Source: a virus
Lineage: Duplodnaviria > Heunggongvirae > Uroviricota > Caudoviricetes
Length of the DNA stretch: 42,709 nt
Strand: one strand, 5' to 3'
IMG/VR virus record: IMGVR_UViG_2922326829_000003
Location: 1 to 42,709 of that record
Shown: positions 1-8,339 of the stretch, piece after piece
How the letters are laid out: the number at the start of each line of letters is the position of its first letter
Numbering within the stretch: position 1 is the stretch's first letter
The notes under the pieces: generated by a model
What the model was told of the DNA's origin: nothing
The model's database searches: none
Seen by the model: the letters and a program-made list of their open reading frames with translations, nothing else
Position numbers and translations under genes: made by a program

Positions 1-540
1 ATGAACGCATTAGCAAGATTAACATCATTCAATCAACTTCAGATTGGAGATAAAGTCACAAGAGTGACCATTAATGGATTCCAAGTGTTTGTGTATATGG
101 GAGACGACCCACATGCAAAAAAGGAAGAACACAAAAATCAATACGGATATTTCCTTGACTCCTTTGGGCGTACAAAAGTCGAAAGATGGTATTCCGGCTA
201 TCTTGATCGAGATAGAGTGTATGTAGGCTATGATTCCAGACTTGTCAAATGTATTGAATATGAATTACTGGAAGAAAGGCTAAATCAACTTAAAGGAAAG
301 TTAGATATATCAGTTGAAAACTGCACAAAAGAAAAAGATGTAAAATACCCACTCGCTTTCATCACTTCTGCTGGATGTTTAAAACTTAAACATCCTTCGG
401 AGTTATCGCCTGATGGAACCCCAAGATATTTCGCTAACCCAAACTCTGATGCCACTTATTGTTTGAAAGACTGCCTAAATGACTATGTTCCAGTTTGGTC
501 TGAACGTTTTTTGAAGGAATATCAAAAAAATAATAGATAA
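1..540 (+). CDS. hypothetical phage protein (may be 5'-truncated by the window)
   Basis: 179-aa ORF, co-oriented with a tightly packed + strand cluster; no recognisable motif. Confidence 0.75.
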   Translation: MNALARLTSFNQLQIGDKVTRVTINGFQVFVYMGDDPHAKKEEHKNQYGYFLDSFGRTKVERWYSGYLDRDRVYVGYDSRLVKCIEYELLEERLNQLKGKLDISVENCTKEKDVKYPLAFITSAGCLKLKHPSELSPDGTPRYFANPNSDATYCLKDCLNDYVPVWSERFLKEYQKNNR

Positions 541-542
541 AT

Positions 543-794
543 ATGAAAGAATTAATCATTGGAGTAGCGCTATTGCTCATAGCGCTCTTGTTTGTAGGAC
601 ACTTTTCAATTAGTGTAAAACCATTCAGCATTTCATTACCTTACTGGCACCGCTCTATCGGGGTGTTTTTTATCATCATAGGTTTCTATGTCTATAATAT
701 CGGAGAACGATCAAAAGGATACAGAGATGGTTTGAAAGATGGCTGCAACACAGTTTTGGAAATGATAATGGAAAAGCAGAAGAAAAGTAAGTAA
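543..794 (+). CDS. small membrane protein with two hydrophobic segments
   Basis: Hydrophobic LIIGVALLLIALLFVG and SIGVFFIIIGFYVY; starts 2 nt after the upstream stop. Confidence 0.75.
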   Translation: MKELIIGVALLLIALLFVGHFSISVKPFSISLPYWHRSIGVFFIIIGFYVYNIGERSKGYRDGLKDGCNTVLEMIMEKQKKSK

Positions 795-822
795 AGGAGA
801 ATAAGTACAATTACCCAAGAAA

Positions 823-1008
823 ATGAAATTAAGAATAGCAAAGAAAATCCTCAGAAAGTCACAAATAGGGTGCAGTAAATGCCATAGAGCCAAACTCTAC
901 TGTAAACATTGCAATTATTCTACCATACAGAGAAATAAGGCAAACACTATTTTAAATAGACTTCGTAGTAGATTGATTAGAATGTCTATGGCAGCTGGGA
1001 TTGCTTAA
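823..1008 (+). CDS. small basic hypothetical protein with CxxC...CxxC
   Basis: 61 aa; CSKC and CKHC pairs. Confidence 0.6.
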   Translation: MKLRIAKKILRKSQIGCSKCHRAKLYCKHCNYSTIQRNKANTILNRLRSRLIRMSMAAGIA

Positions 1009-1038
1009 TGAAATTTTAAATAAAACAAGAATAGGAAA

Positions 1039-1257
1039 ATGAGAAAAGTATACCCCAACGGCTCCAAACGCAATTTGTGTTTTTTATACTTCAAAATTGG
1101 AGACCCCAGAATCCCACAACTTAAAGGATGTTTTACAATAGACAATTACCTCTACGCAGTCAGTCATATTGATTACAATTATGATTCTGGAGAAGTGGAG
1201 GTTAGAGGATATTGTAATTATTGGGGAAGTGATTTGGATAAACAATTTAATTCTTAA
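1039..1257 (+). CDS. hypothetical protein
   Basis: 72-aa ORF with A-rich leader, in operon-like packing. Confidence 0.6.
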   Translation: MRKVYPNGSKRNLCFLYFKIGDPRIPQLKGCFTIDNYLYAVSHIDYNYDSGEVEVRGYCNYWGSDLDKQFNS

Positions 1258-1267
1258 CGATTAAAAT

Positions 1268-1684
1268 ATGGGATTTACAACAGAGTGTTTAATCAGAAAA
1301 AACACAAGAAAAATTCGCAGAAAGCTGTCTTTGATTGGATACGAAAATGACACAAGAAAAATGCGATGTATTACCACGTTAGAATGTTATTATGGAAAAC
1401 GGCCAAGAACAGTAACATATCGAAGTGATCAAATGATAGAATGCGCTTTAAAACAGGGGTTCATTGATTGTGGAGATAATGAAGATTTGTTTTTTGCAAT
1501 TGCGGCTTTAAGGGATGACACTGACATATTTCAATGGTTTACAGACGGTGAAAAATGGGTCATCAGTGATATCCATCATTTACTTGAATTGAAAGAGTAT
1601 TTTGAAGAAATCGGATTTGATTATTCTAAGACTCATAAAGCAACAGTTGGGGAACTTATTAGTCATTTTAATAATAACTTATAG
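1268..1684 (+). CDS. hypothetical phage protein
   Basis: 138 aa; MGFTT.C.IRKNT N-terminus resembles small Bacteroides-phage ORFs (recalled, not searched). Confidence 0.7.
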   Translation: MGFTTECLIRKNTRKIRRKLSLIGYENDTRKMRCITTLECYYGKRPRTVTYRSDQMIECALKQGFIDCGDNEDLFFAIAALRDDTDIFQWFTDGEKWVISDIHHLLELKEYFEEIGFDYSKTHKATVGELISHFNNNL

Positions 1685-1690
1685 ATAGAA

Positions 1691-1996
1691 ATGATGGAAA
1701 GAACAAAGTGTATAACATTCGACAAAGCTGCACAGGACGCTTTGCCGGAACATATTCAGGAGAAAATGAAAGCTGATCGCGCAAAGGCGAGAGAGGAACG
1801 AATTCTCAACCGGTTAAAGGACGGTGAACAATTCACTGGAACGCACTTCGCCGGAAACGTAACCCCTATAGAAATAAAAGGAGAAATACTTGCTGTCAAG
1901 TGTGAGAGAACAGGTTCTGCCTGGCACGAAGATTGGAACTTACAACATACCCTTTGGGGTTTTGAGAGTGGAGAATATTCTTTTATTAATGCGTAA
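1691..1996 (+). CDS. hypothetical protein
   Basis: 101-aa ORF in the packed cluster. Confidence 0.7.
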   Translation: MMERTKCITFDKAAQDALPEHIQEKMKADRAKAREERILNRLKDGEQFTGTHFAGNVTPIEIKGEILAVKCERTGSAWHEDWNLQHTLWGFESGEYSFINA

Positions 1997-2010
1997 AACT
2001 GTATAGAAAT

Positions 2011-2208
2011 ATGAAAACTGGGTACATGATTAAACAGACAAAAGTGTTAGGGCACCTTGTCCATGAGGCTACCAAAACAAAAATAGCAGTATATAAACCG
2101 ATTAATAGGTTTAGGCGACTTATGATAAAATGGTGCTTCGGATTTAGATACGAGACTGTAGAATCAATACTGACTAAAAATGATGGAAACAATAAATCAC
2201 AAAATTAG
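2011..2208 (+). CDS. hypothetical protein
   Basis: 65-aa ORF; overlaps the next start. Confidence 0.55.
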   Translation: MKTGYMIKQTKVLGHLVHEATKTKIAVYKPINRFRRLMIKWCFGFRYETVESILTKNDGNNKSQN

Positions 2209-2362
2209 AAATAAGCTAACTCCCCTCAAAAACATTATTGCACTCATAGAAAAATATGAGAATGCAACGAATGGGGAGGACAAAAGAAAGACGATAGAGT
2301 TCATAATTAATTCAAAGGCTTTGTTACAGAAGTCGCTTGATGAATTACTTGAAATTGAATAA
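2180..2362 (+). CDS. stand-alone HisKA/DHp-like mini-protein (putative)
   Basis: INHKIRNKLTPL resembles the H-box (SHEIRNPLT); second helix EDKRKTIEFIINSKALLQKSLDELLEI follows the DHp helix-2 pattern; no sensor or ATPase domain. Confidence 0.5.
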   Translation: MMETINHKIRNKLTPLKNIIALIEKYENATNGEDKRKTIEFIINSKALLQKSLDELLEIE

Positions 2363-2368
2363 AAAGAT

Positions 2369-2728
2369 ATGAAACGAGTTGCATATTTTGGAACACAAGG
2401 AGGCGGTGTGGCTGGGCATTATTTTACTGCAATTGTGGGGCAATTCAGCCGTGAAGAAGAGCGTGAAGTTATTCGATTGGATAGTGATAAAACGACAGCC
2501 ATTTTCGAAGGAAAAAGACAGTTCAAATTCTTTGACTATGGTAAATATAAGTGCCTTGCTTTAAATGCCAGTCCAGACGATAAGCGAGGTGGAAGTATCA
2601 CAATAGCCTTAGTTGAAAATGCTACCGAATACAAGGAGGTGCTGGATGCTATTGAAACCTCCAACTTTATGAGAAACCAGTTTGATAGATTGGTGAAAAT
2701 AACAGGCATTCCTATGCCACAGGTATAA
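2369..2728 (+). CDS. hypothetical phage protein
   Basis: 119-aa ORF with Gly-rich YFGTQGGGVAGHYF N-terminus. Confidence 0.7.
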   Translation: MKRVAYFGTQGGGVAGHYFTAIVGQFSREEEREVIRLDSDKTTAIFEGKRQFKFFDYGKYKCLALNASPDDKRGGSITIALVENATEYKEVLDAIETSNFMRNQFDRLVKITGIPMPQV

Positions 2729-2743
2729 TGTAAAACCAAGGAC

Positions 2744-2941
2744 ATGGAACAAGTTATTTTAAGAAATAAGAGAGAGTGGGATGAGTGGTATATGTTTTCT
2801 GACAAAAATTGGTTGCTAATTTCATCAGAAGAGCAAACCCCAAATGAATATCCCTGTATTTTGATTTGTCACGAGGTAATCAATCCACACAATCGAGATA
2901 ATATGTATTATGATTTTGTTTATTTATCATCATTCACTTAA
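2744..2941 (+). CDS. hypothetical protein
   Basis: 65 aa; TAATG stop-start overlap with the next gene. Confidence 0.65.
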   Translation: MEQVILRNKREWDEWYMFSDKNWLLISSEEQTPNEYPCILICHEVINPHNRDNMYYDFVYLSSFT

Positions 2942-3147
2942 TGGGAAAAATAATAATCAATGGAATATGTTACGAATCTCTTCCATGTAAAGAGGAAGAT
3001 TGGCTATGTAACTGCTGTGATTTAAAAGACATAACTATTATGTGCGACGAAGGCAGATGTCCGGCATGTGATATTGTAGATGCTGCAAATAATAGACTTT
3101 TTGTCGAAATGGGAAAAGTTGAAGAAATTAAATTCGTAGAAAAATGA
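2941..3147 (+). CDS. small Cys-rich hypothetical protein
   Basis: 68 aa with 8 Cys; translationally coupled at both ends. Confidence 0.65.
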   Translation: MGKIIINGICYESLPCKEEDWLCNCCDLKDITIMCDEGRCPACDIVDAANNRLFVEMGKVEEIKFVEK

Positions 3148-3452
3148 AAACAGGAATTGAAATTATCGCCGAAGAAAGAGAACGGCAAATAAATGTAGAA
3201 GGATGGGATGCAGACCATGACGACATTGGCAACAATGACGAACAACTGGCAATGGCCGCTGTAACCTATGCCATACCTTCAGACTACAGAGAATATGAGC
3301 TTCAGATAAAAAACACCTGGCCATGGGATATAAGTTGGTGGAAGCCTACCCCAAATGATCGTATAAGAGAATTAGCCAAAGCCGGAGCACTTATTGCTGC
3401 CGAGATTGATAGATTACAGAGAATGCAATTTAACAATAATGGTGAGCAGTAA
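3144..3452 (+). CDS. conserved phage hypothetical protein
   Basis: IAEERERQ...EGW...HDD...WPW...WWKP...RELAKAGALIAAEIDRL pattern seen in many phages; ATGA overlap with the upstream gene. Confidence 0.75.
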   Translation: MKTGIEIIAEERERQINVEGWDADHDDIGNNDEQLAMAAVTYAIPSDYREYELQIKNTWPWDISWWKPTPNDRIRELAKAGALIAAEIDRLQRMQFNNNGEQ

Positions 3453-3669
3453 AACAAAAACTATCACAAAGTTTTATGTGTCCATTGGAGGAAAAGAAGT
3501 GGCCTTTCGAACTAAAGAAACAGCAATTAAAGTTGGAAAGATGGCTTTAAAAACTAATAGTGATATTAAACTAATTGAAGAATATCTTCTCTGGGACATT
3601 ACTCCGGGCATTCCAGCTCAATTAATAGACAAACAGAGATTTGATAGAACAATATTAATCAGTTTATAA
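3439..3669 (+). CDS. hypothetical protein
   Basis: ATG at 3439 preferred over the 3394 start in the ORF track, which overlaps the upstream gene more deeply. Confidence 0.55.
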   Translation: MVSSKTKTITKFYVSIGGKEVAFRTKETAIKVGKMALKTNSDIKLIEEYLLWDITPGIPAQLIDKQRFDRTILISL

Positions 3670-3676
3670 ATATAAA

Positions 3677-3889
3677 ATGGAAAACTTAATTAAAGCATTG
3701 CAGATACTGTTAAAGTATGGCAACCCGGATTACCCAACACATTGCGAGCATGACGTTCTTTATGTTGACATCTCTCCAGAGCTTGTTTCTGAAGAGGACA
3801 AGAAAGAACTTGAAGAGCTTGGGTTCTATTCTGGTGAAGATTCAGATTTTGAAGATGGGTTTTATTCTTATAAATATGGGAGTTGTTAA
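3677..3889 (+). CDS. small acidic hypothetical phage protein
   Basis: 70 aa; YPTHCEHD motif. Confidence 0.7.
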   Translation: MENLIKALQILLKYGNPDYPTHCEHDVLYVDISPELVSEEDKKELEELGFYSGEDSDFEDGFYSYKYGSC

Positions 3890-3891
3890 TT

Positions 3892-4278
3892 ATGGAAGAG
3901 GAAAATAGATGTACGCTCTCGAATGCAGAACTAATTACAAAAAGCAATGAGTGGGTTAGCAAACTTGCCAGAACTGGAGGACAAGCATGGAACTTGCGTG
4001 TTCCTGTTGATTTTAATAATGATCCGGATATGCTTTTCTGCGAAATGGCAAAAAGACTGAAAGAATATGATGAAATGGAGACTCGATTCTGTCTTATTCT
4101 TGATCATGCCAGTATGGGCAATATGAGTAAGCCAAACTACACTGTAGAAGCAATGAAATCTGTAATCGACGACGCTCAACAAAAACACTTCTACGAACTT
4201 TTTAAGTCGGATATAGAAACTATCCTCAATGCTGGAGGTACAATTGATGATGTGAAAAAATATATTAATGATTTATAG
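3892..4278 (+). CDS. hypothetical protein
   Basis: ATG at 3892, 2 nt after the upstream stop; 128 aa. Confidence 0.7.
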   Translation: MEEENRCTLSNAELITKSNEWVSKLARTGGQAWNLRVPVDFNNDPDMLFCEMAKRLKEYDEMETRFCLILDHASMGNMSKPNYTVEAMKSVIDDAQQKHFYELFKSDIETILNAGGTIDDVKKYINDL

Positions 4279-4289
4279 AAAAACAAATT

Positions 4290-4508
4290 ATGGAAGCAAA
4301 GTTTAAAAAGGGAGACAATGCAGTTATAAACAATCATCCTAACTCTGAAATGATTGGAAAAACAGTTTTAATTGAAGTTGTTGGACACGCTAAATTTAAA
4401 GAAGGTGCTGGATTTGAGGACCAAGCTGTCTACCGAGTTTCATTGAATGGCAAGAATCTTGGCTGGGCACCAGAAGAAGATTTGTCGATCCATTCTGGAA
4501 ATTTCTAA
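4290..4508 (+). CDS. hypothetical protein (SH3/YorP-like beta barrel?)
   Basis: KFKKGD.AVI...IGKTVLI...Y.V.L..W..EEDL pattern. Confidence 0.6.
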   Translation: MEAKFKKGDNAVINNHPNSEMIGKTVLIEVVGHAKFKEGAGFEDQAVYRVSLNGKNLGWAPEEDLSIHSGNF

Positions 4509-4520
4509 CATTTGGAGTGT

Positions 4521-4563
4521 AAAAAGCAATGGGTGGATAGCTTCACAGCCTTCCACCCATTTT
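4521..4563. terminator. bidirectional intrinsic terminator between convergent blocks
   Basis: AATGGGTGGA (4528-4537) / TCCACCCATT (4552-4561) stem, with an A-run upstream and a T-run downstream. Confidence 0.75.
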
Positions 4564-4593
4564 AGTTAAGCAGTAAAAATTAAAAGAAAAGAA

Positions 4594-5610
4594 TCAAATT
4601 TGCCAAGGATTTTTATACGGGTCATAGTCCCGCTGGAAAGTTGCTACTTGCCAGTCTGTGATAGGCTTGTTGTCTTCGTCTAACTTCCTTGGTATTTGTG
4701 GATTTATCCGTAATTTCGAGGCATCTCTCAGCCATCGAGTAGTTTCTTCATAGTCAGTGATTCTTACCTCACTAACATTATTTGGCGAAATCAATTTATG
4801 TACTTCATATATAGCTATTCGCGCAATATGTTTCTTCAAGTTTTTGTTTCTGGGGTCTCCTAATTTTACATTGTATCCCTCTTTTACTTCATCGGAATTT
4901 ACTTCCATTGTCGGAATATAAACTGCGCCATCAAATACAACATATTCGTTGTCAGAGAACTCATATTCATTGTACTCCGGATCATAATCTCCGATAAGTC
5001 CCCAGTTGTCTGAAATGTCCGGATTTTCAGTTAAGTCTATTTCTGCTGTGTCAAGTAACGCATAAAAATTACCACCCCAACTTACCACATCCCAAACATT
5101 ATATTCAAAATTGGCTTCCCAAGGATATGCCGATACTTGCTCCCAACCGGTTAATCCAGGTATGCGTATATTTCCATAATCAAGGCCATTATATTCAAGG
5201 CACTTATAGAGAGTGTTTGCAAAAGATACAATATCACCCGGAGCATAGCTTTTCAACTGGAGGTAAACCATTGGTTCTTCTTTTGGCATATCGGTGTACT
5301 CTTCCCAGTAATTTATATTTGTTGGAGCTACATATCCACCAATAGTCCGTATCACTTCCCAAATTTTATTGTCTTTATAGAAATGACTTCCAACCGGATA
5401 TGTGATTTGCCGGTTCTGCTCTATAATATTCTTTCCTACCAGTAGAGCTTTTTCCACCTCATAATTCTCAGTCAGATATTCAAGAATGGATGCCTCAGCA
5501 TTTTCTTCTGCTCTATCTAAACATTTTTCGTCTTCACGAATCAATTGATTTAGGTGCTTTTCTGTGATAAGCCCACTATAATCAGAATTATTTAGAAATC
5601 TTTGATACAT
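4594..5610 (-). CDS. head-tail adaptor-like protein (Mu gp36/DUF1320-like) with internal CBM5/12-like repeats
   Basis: N-terminal AEENAEASILEYL and C-terminal RIAIYEVHKLI...RITDYEETTRWLRD helices; four Y..GD.V.F.G..Y-type repeats between; directly downstream of TerL. Confidence 0.55.
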   Translation of the reverse strand: MYQRFLNNSDYSGLITEKHLNQLIREDEKCLDRAEENAEASILEYLTENYEVEKALLVGKNIIEQNRQITYPVGSHFYKDNKIWEVIRTIGGYVAPTNINYWEEYTDMPKEEPMVYLQLKSYAPGDIVSFANTLYKCLEYNGLDYGNIRIPGLTGWEQVSAYPWEANFEYNVWDVVSWGGNFYALLDTAEIDLTENPDISDNWGLIGDYDPEYNEYEFSDNEYVVFDGAVYIPTMEVNSDEVKEGYNVKLGDPRNKNLKKHIARIAIYEVHKLISPNNVSEVRITDYEETTRWLRDASKLRINPQIPRKLDEDNKPITDWQVATFQRDYDPYKNPWQI

Positions 5611-5612
5611 TA

Positions 5613-6959
5613 TTAAAACTCAAAAGCACCATAAACCGGTGTGGTAGTTGTTTCGATTGTAGATTGATTTCTTTGATATTTCTTCCAGCTATCCTTTAAA
5701 AAGTAACAGATGGCATAATCAAGACAATCTGAAAGGTGTCCATACTTCTCGTATTTCTGACCGGTTTTAGGATCAGTTACTTTTGCTTTAGATTTTGTAC
5801 CATCAGGGTTTTTCTTCTGGTAAGTTAAATCTTCCGCAAATCTACGGCACCGCATATCAATTAATATCTCCCAACCATCATAGCCCTTAAACAATTCATT
5901 TATAAATTCCAACCTGGCTGTTTGTGATGGCTGCTTGCTCAACAATTTGGTTTTTGCCCTCAAAATAGGACTGTCCATATTGCTTAGAATGATTGTGTAA
6001 TTATTCACACCATCTTCTGTCTGAGTTGATCGAGCAAGTCCTGAAGGATCACCCGTTATGAATAGACCCCCAACGTGTTTTTCGGTTAAATATTTCTTAG
6101 AAATCTTTTTGGCCAACATCGGAGTATTATTCTCTTTAGCTTCCGGCTTACCAAGTATTTCCTCCAGTATATATACTTTTTTATTATCGTAATCAAACTG
6201 CATAGATAACGTACTCATAAACGGAGATACGTTAAAGTCCCAACTAACAATAATTGGATTTAGTGAATTATAGACTTTTTCCCGTAATCCGGACACCAAA
6301 TGCTTTTCTCCTGAGAATTCCCAGTAAGCAGCCATTTCATTGACATCAATAAAATCCCAGTTACCATAAAGAAGCCTTTCCTTTGTTGCCTTATCCCGTA
6401 TTTTATTTAAAGATGCTTCGTATGTTTGCCTGAAGGCTATATCCGGATTGTCAAATATAGAAAATGGCACATAAGCTTCCCCCTCTTTACACACAACAGG
6501 ATTTCCGTCGTCATCTTGAACGAATCTACTGCGAACCCAATTGATTGTAGGGTTGGTAGAGAGAAACATTCTGGGGGTCTTAAATGTCTCGTGTGTGCGC
6601 CATCTAAGACGAGAAAAGAGAACTTCTACAGCTCTTTCCGAAATCTCCGAAACCTCATCGACAAAGGCTATTGTGTACTCCGAAGAGCCAAATCGTTCAA
6701 AGTTTGGGTCTGAAGGCAAGTCAACCATCTCTTTTAATAAGATGACCGAATCATTCCAGAAAGTAACAGTTCCCTCTAAGTTGTTGATTTTATAATTTAC
6801 CCCCTCTTTTAGCCCCCACGTCTTCAGGATTGTCTTTATAGTGTTGAAAGTGGATTCTTTCAAAGATTTGATAGTTTTACGAGCTACCACTGCTCGGATA
6901 TTCTCAAACCGAATACAACTACTTATAATCCATGCGCTTCCTAAGTATGATTTTCCTCC
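5613..6959 (-). CDS. terL: terminase large subunit, exon 2
   Basis: GGKSYLG end of Walker A, VARKT, FVDE Walker B, STNPT coupling motif, WDFN and HLSDCLDY nuclease motifs. Confidence 0.92.
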   Translation of the reverse strand, partial: GGKSYLGSAWIISSCIRFENIRAVVARKTIKSLKESTFNTIKTILKTWGLKEGVNYKINNLEGTVTFWNDSVILLKEMVDLPSDPNFERFGSSEYTIAFVDEVSEISERAVEVLFSRLRWRTHETFKTPRMFLSTNPTINWVRSRFVQDDDGNPVVCKEGEAYVPFSIFDNPDIAFRQTYEASLNKIRDKATKERLLYGNWDFIDVNEMAAYWEFSGEKHLVSGLREKVYNSLNPIIVSWDFNVSPFMSTLSMQFDYDNKKVYILEEILGKPEAKENNTPMLAKKISKKYLTEKHVGGLFITGDPSGLARSTQTEDGVNNYTIILSNMDSPILRAKTKLLSKQPSQTARLEFINELFKGYDGWEILIDMRCRRFAEDLTYQKKNPDGTKSKAKVTDPKTGQKYEKYGHLSDCLDYAICYFLKDSWKKYQRNQSTIETTTTPVYGAFEF

Positions 6960-7204
6960 CAATTATATTCGCCAAGGTTCGCTACCCCCTTGACCGGTTT
7001 CCCTGCTATATGTTTCCATATAGATTAGACTATATCTTCATCCGTTTCCGGAGGCCCTTGTTTCCAATCGCTTGATTGTACTTCCTTTCGGAATAGTCGT
7101 TGAACCTTGCTTTATGCCTGGCTGCTGATCACCTGTACGGCTTCCCAGCAATTAAAGGGCTTGTTGTCGACACGTTACCGTGAAGGCTGGCAGTGGAGTC
7201 GTTT
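6960..7204 (-). mobile_element. ORF-less group I intron (245 nt) in terL
   Basis: Exon ends in U (GCUGGU|) and intron ends in G. Core elements: P AAUUGCUGGGAA, Q GAUCAGCAGC, R GUUCAACGACUA (7094-7105), S AAGAUAUAGUCU (7027-7038). IGS GCCAGC (7186-7191) pairs with GCUGGU, giving the U.G pair at the splice site. CUCC (7195-7198) can form P10 with exon-2 GGAG. Splicing restores GGAAG-GGKS in frame. Confidence 0.93.
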
Positions 7205-7441
7205 ACCAGCAGCTCCCCCACCCAATATAAGTTGGGGCAGATTTTGTGTTTTACATGATGTGCATTGTGGTTTGTATTGAGGGTTTCCTTTAGGGTCATG
7301 TCCTATTAAAACCTGTTTTATATTCCCCCCACAATGAGGACAGTAATCTGGTTGCAACAGTTTCCAAAGTTCATATTGTCTTGGAGACGGCTCCAAATTT
7401 ATAGTCAAATTTTTAGGTGCTTTTAATAATCCATACGCCAT
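7205..7441 (-). CDS. terL: terminase large subunit, exon 1 (79 codons; spliced protein 527 aa)
   Basis: PSPRQ motif, CPHC...CTSC insert, LILGGGAAG first half of Walker A. Confidence 0.9.
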
Positions 7442-8221
7442 TTATAAATATTTCCAAGTGTAACCACCAGCTGTTCTATATCTACCAGACAAAACTGAAC
7501 TTATACTTGTTGGATTTACCCCAAGTGAAGCGGCAGCAATCTTGATAGACTCAAATTGATATATTTTTCCATCTTTTTGTCCAACAACTTTCCTTCGATG
7601 GTGTCGTGGACCTGTATTTAGTGATGATTTGTTTAAATAAACTGGCGGTTCTTCACAATGACTAAACATAAATCCTTTATGAGAAATAAAATTTTGACTT
7701 TTGTTTAGGCATCTCATAACAGCGCGTCTATCTAAATTTAACGAATCACACATAAACCTTAAACTCAACCATTCATCCAGTAATTTTCCATCCTTATCAA
7801 AACGGTACACTGTTTTTCTATTTGGTTGTTTTTCTCTATTATTTTTCAGTAAATCTTCATCATAACAATTTTTCACTCCCTTATTCCACGGGATTGTCAT
7901 GTCACTGACATAATAACCTCCTTCCTGTACATTTAGTAAAGAGCCCCCTTCATAACTTCTTTTATATAACCGAATCAGTTCTACTTCTTTTAGTACAGCA
8001 TCTTCTTCATTGCCCTCAAAAACGGTTTCAATAATCGGCACTAAACCTAAGTCATCCAATTTTAGAATCCATTTATCTTTCCTACTTAAATATTCGCCCT
8101 TTCTTTTTCTTGTTTTAGCATCCTTACGGTGCGTTTTGAATCTGTGCCATGCAGTATTATTTGAAATACCAACATATTTTATCAAATTATCTAAAGGGTC
8201 TTTTAATATATAGACTATCAT
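7442..8221 (-). CDS. free-standing GIY-YIG homing endonuclease with NUMOD3/NUMOD1-like DNA-binding repeats
   Basis: IVYILKD...KYVGIS...RF..H; E in AVLKEVELI; PWNKG NUMOD3-like; two KxVY.F...G....F.S HTH repeats; stop abuts the terL ATG (TAAATG). Confidence 0.85.
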   Translation of the reverse strand: MIVYILKDPLDNLIKYVGISNNTAWHRFKTHRKDAKTRKRKGEYLSRKDKWILKLDDLGLVPIIETVFEGNEEDAVLKEVELIRLYKRSYEGGSLLNVQEGGYYVSDMTIPWNKGVKNCYDEDLLKNNREKQPNRKTVYRFDKDGKLLDEWLSLRFMCDSLNLDRRAVMRCLNKSQNFISHKGFMFSHCEEPPVYLNKSSLNTGPRHHRRKVVGQKDGKIYQFESIKIAAASLGVNPTSISSVLSGRYRTAGGYTWKYL

Positions 8222-8223
8222 CG

Positions 8224-8234
8224 TTTATGAATAG
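8224..8234 (-). promoter_or_regulatory. candidate late-promoter motif CTATTCATAAA
   Basis: Identical 11-mer at 8678-8688; CTATTC core also at 10891-10896 and 40248-40253, each upstream of a packaging or structural gene. Confidence 0.4.
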
Positions 8235-8281
8235 TCTATAGGAGGAGGTAAAAGTTTATTTATGAATTACATATAAAATTA

Positions 8282-8315
8282 AAAAGACGTGCCATATTAA
8301 GGTGACACGTCTTTT
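8282..8315. terminator. intrinsic terminator (bidirectional type)
   Basis: AAAAGACGTG / CACGTCTTTT inverted repeat in the intergenic gap. Confidence 0.7.
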
Positions 8316-8339
8316 CTTATATGTTACGAAACAAGATTT

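Noticed and set aside
7175-7204. C-terminal KRLHCQPSR of the 88-aa ORF and the TTG start at 6962
   Set aside because: Both are intron sequence; the splice junctions explain them.
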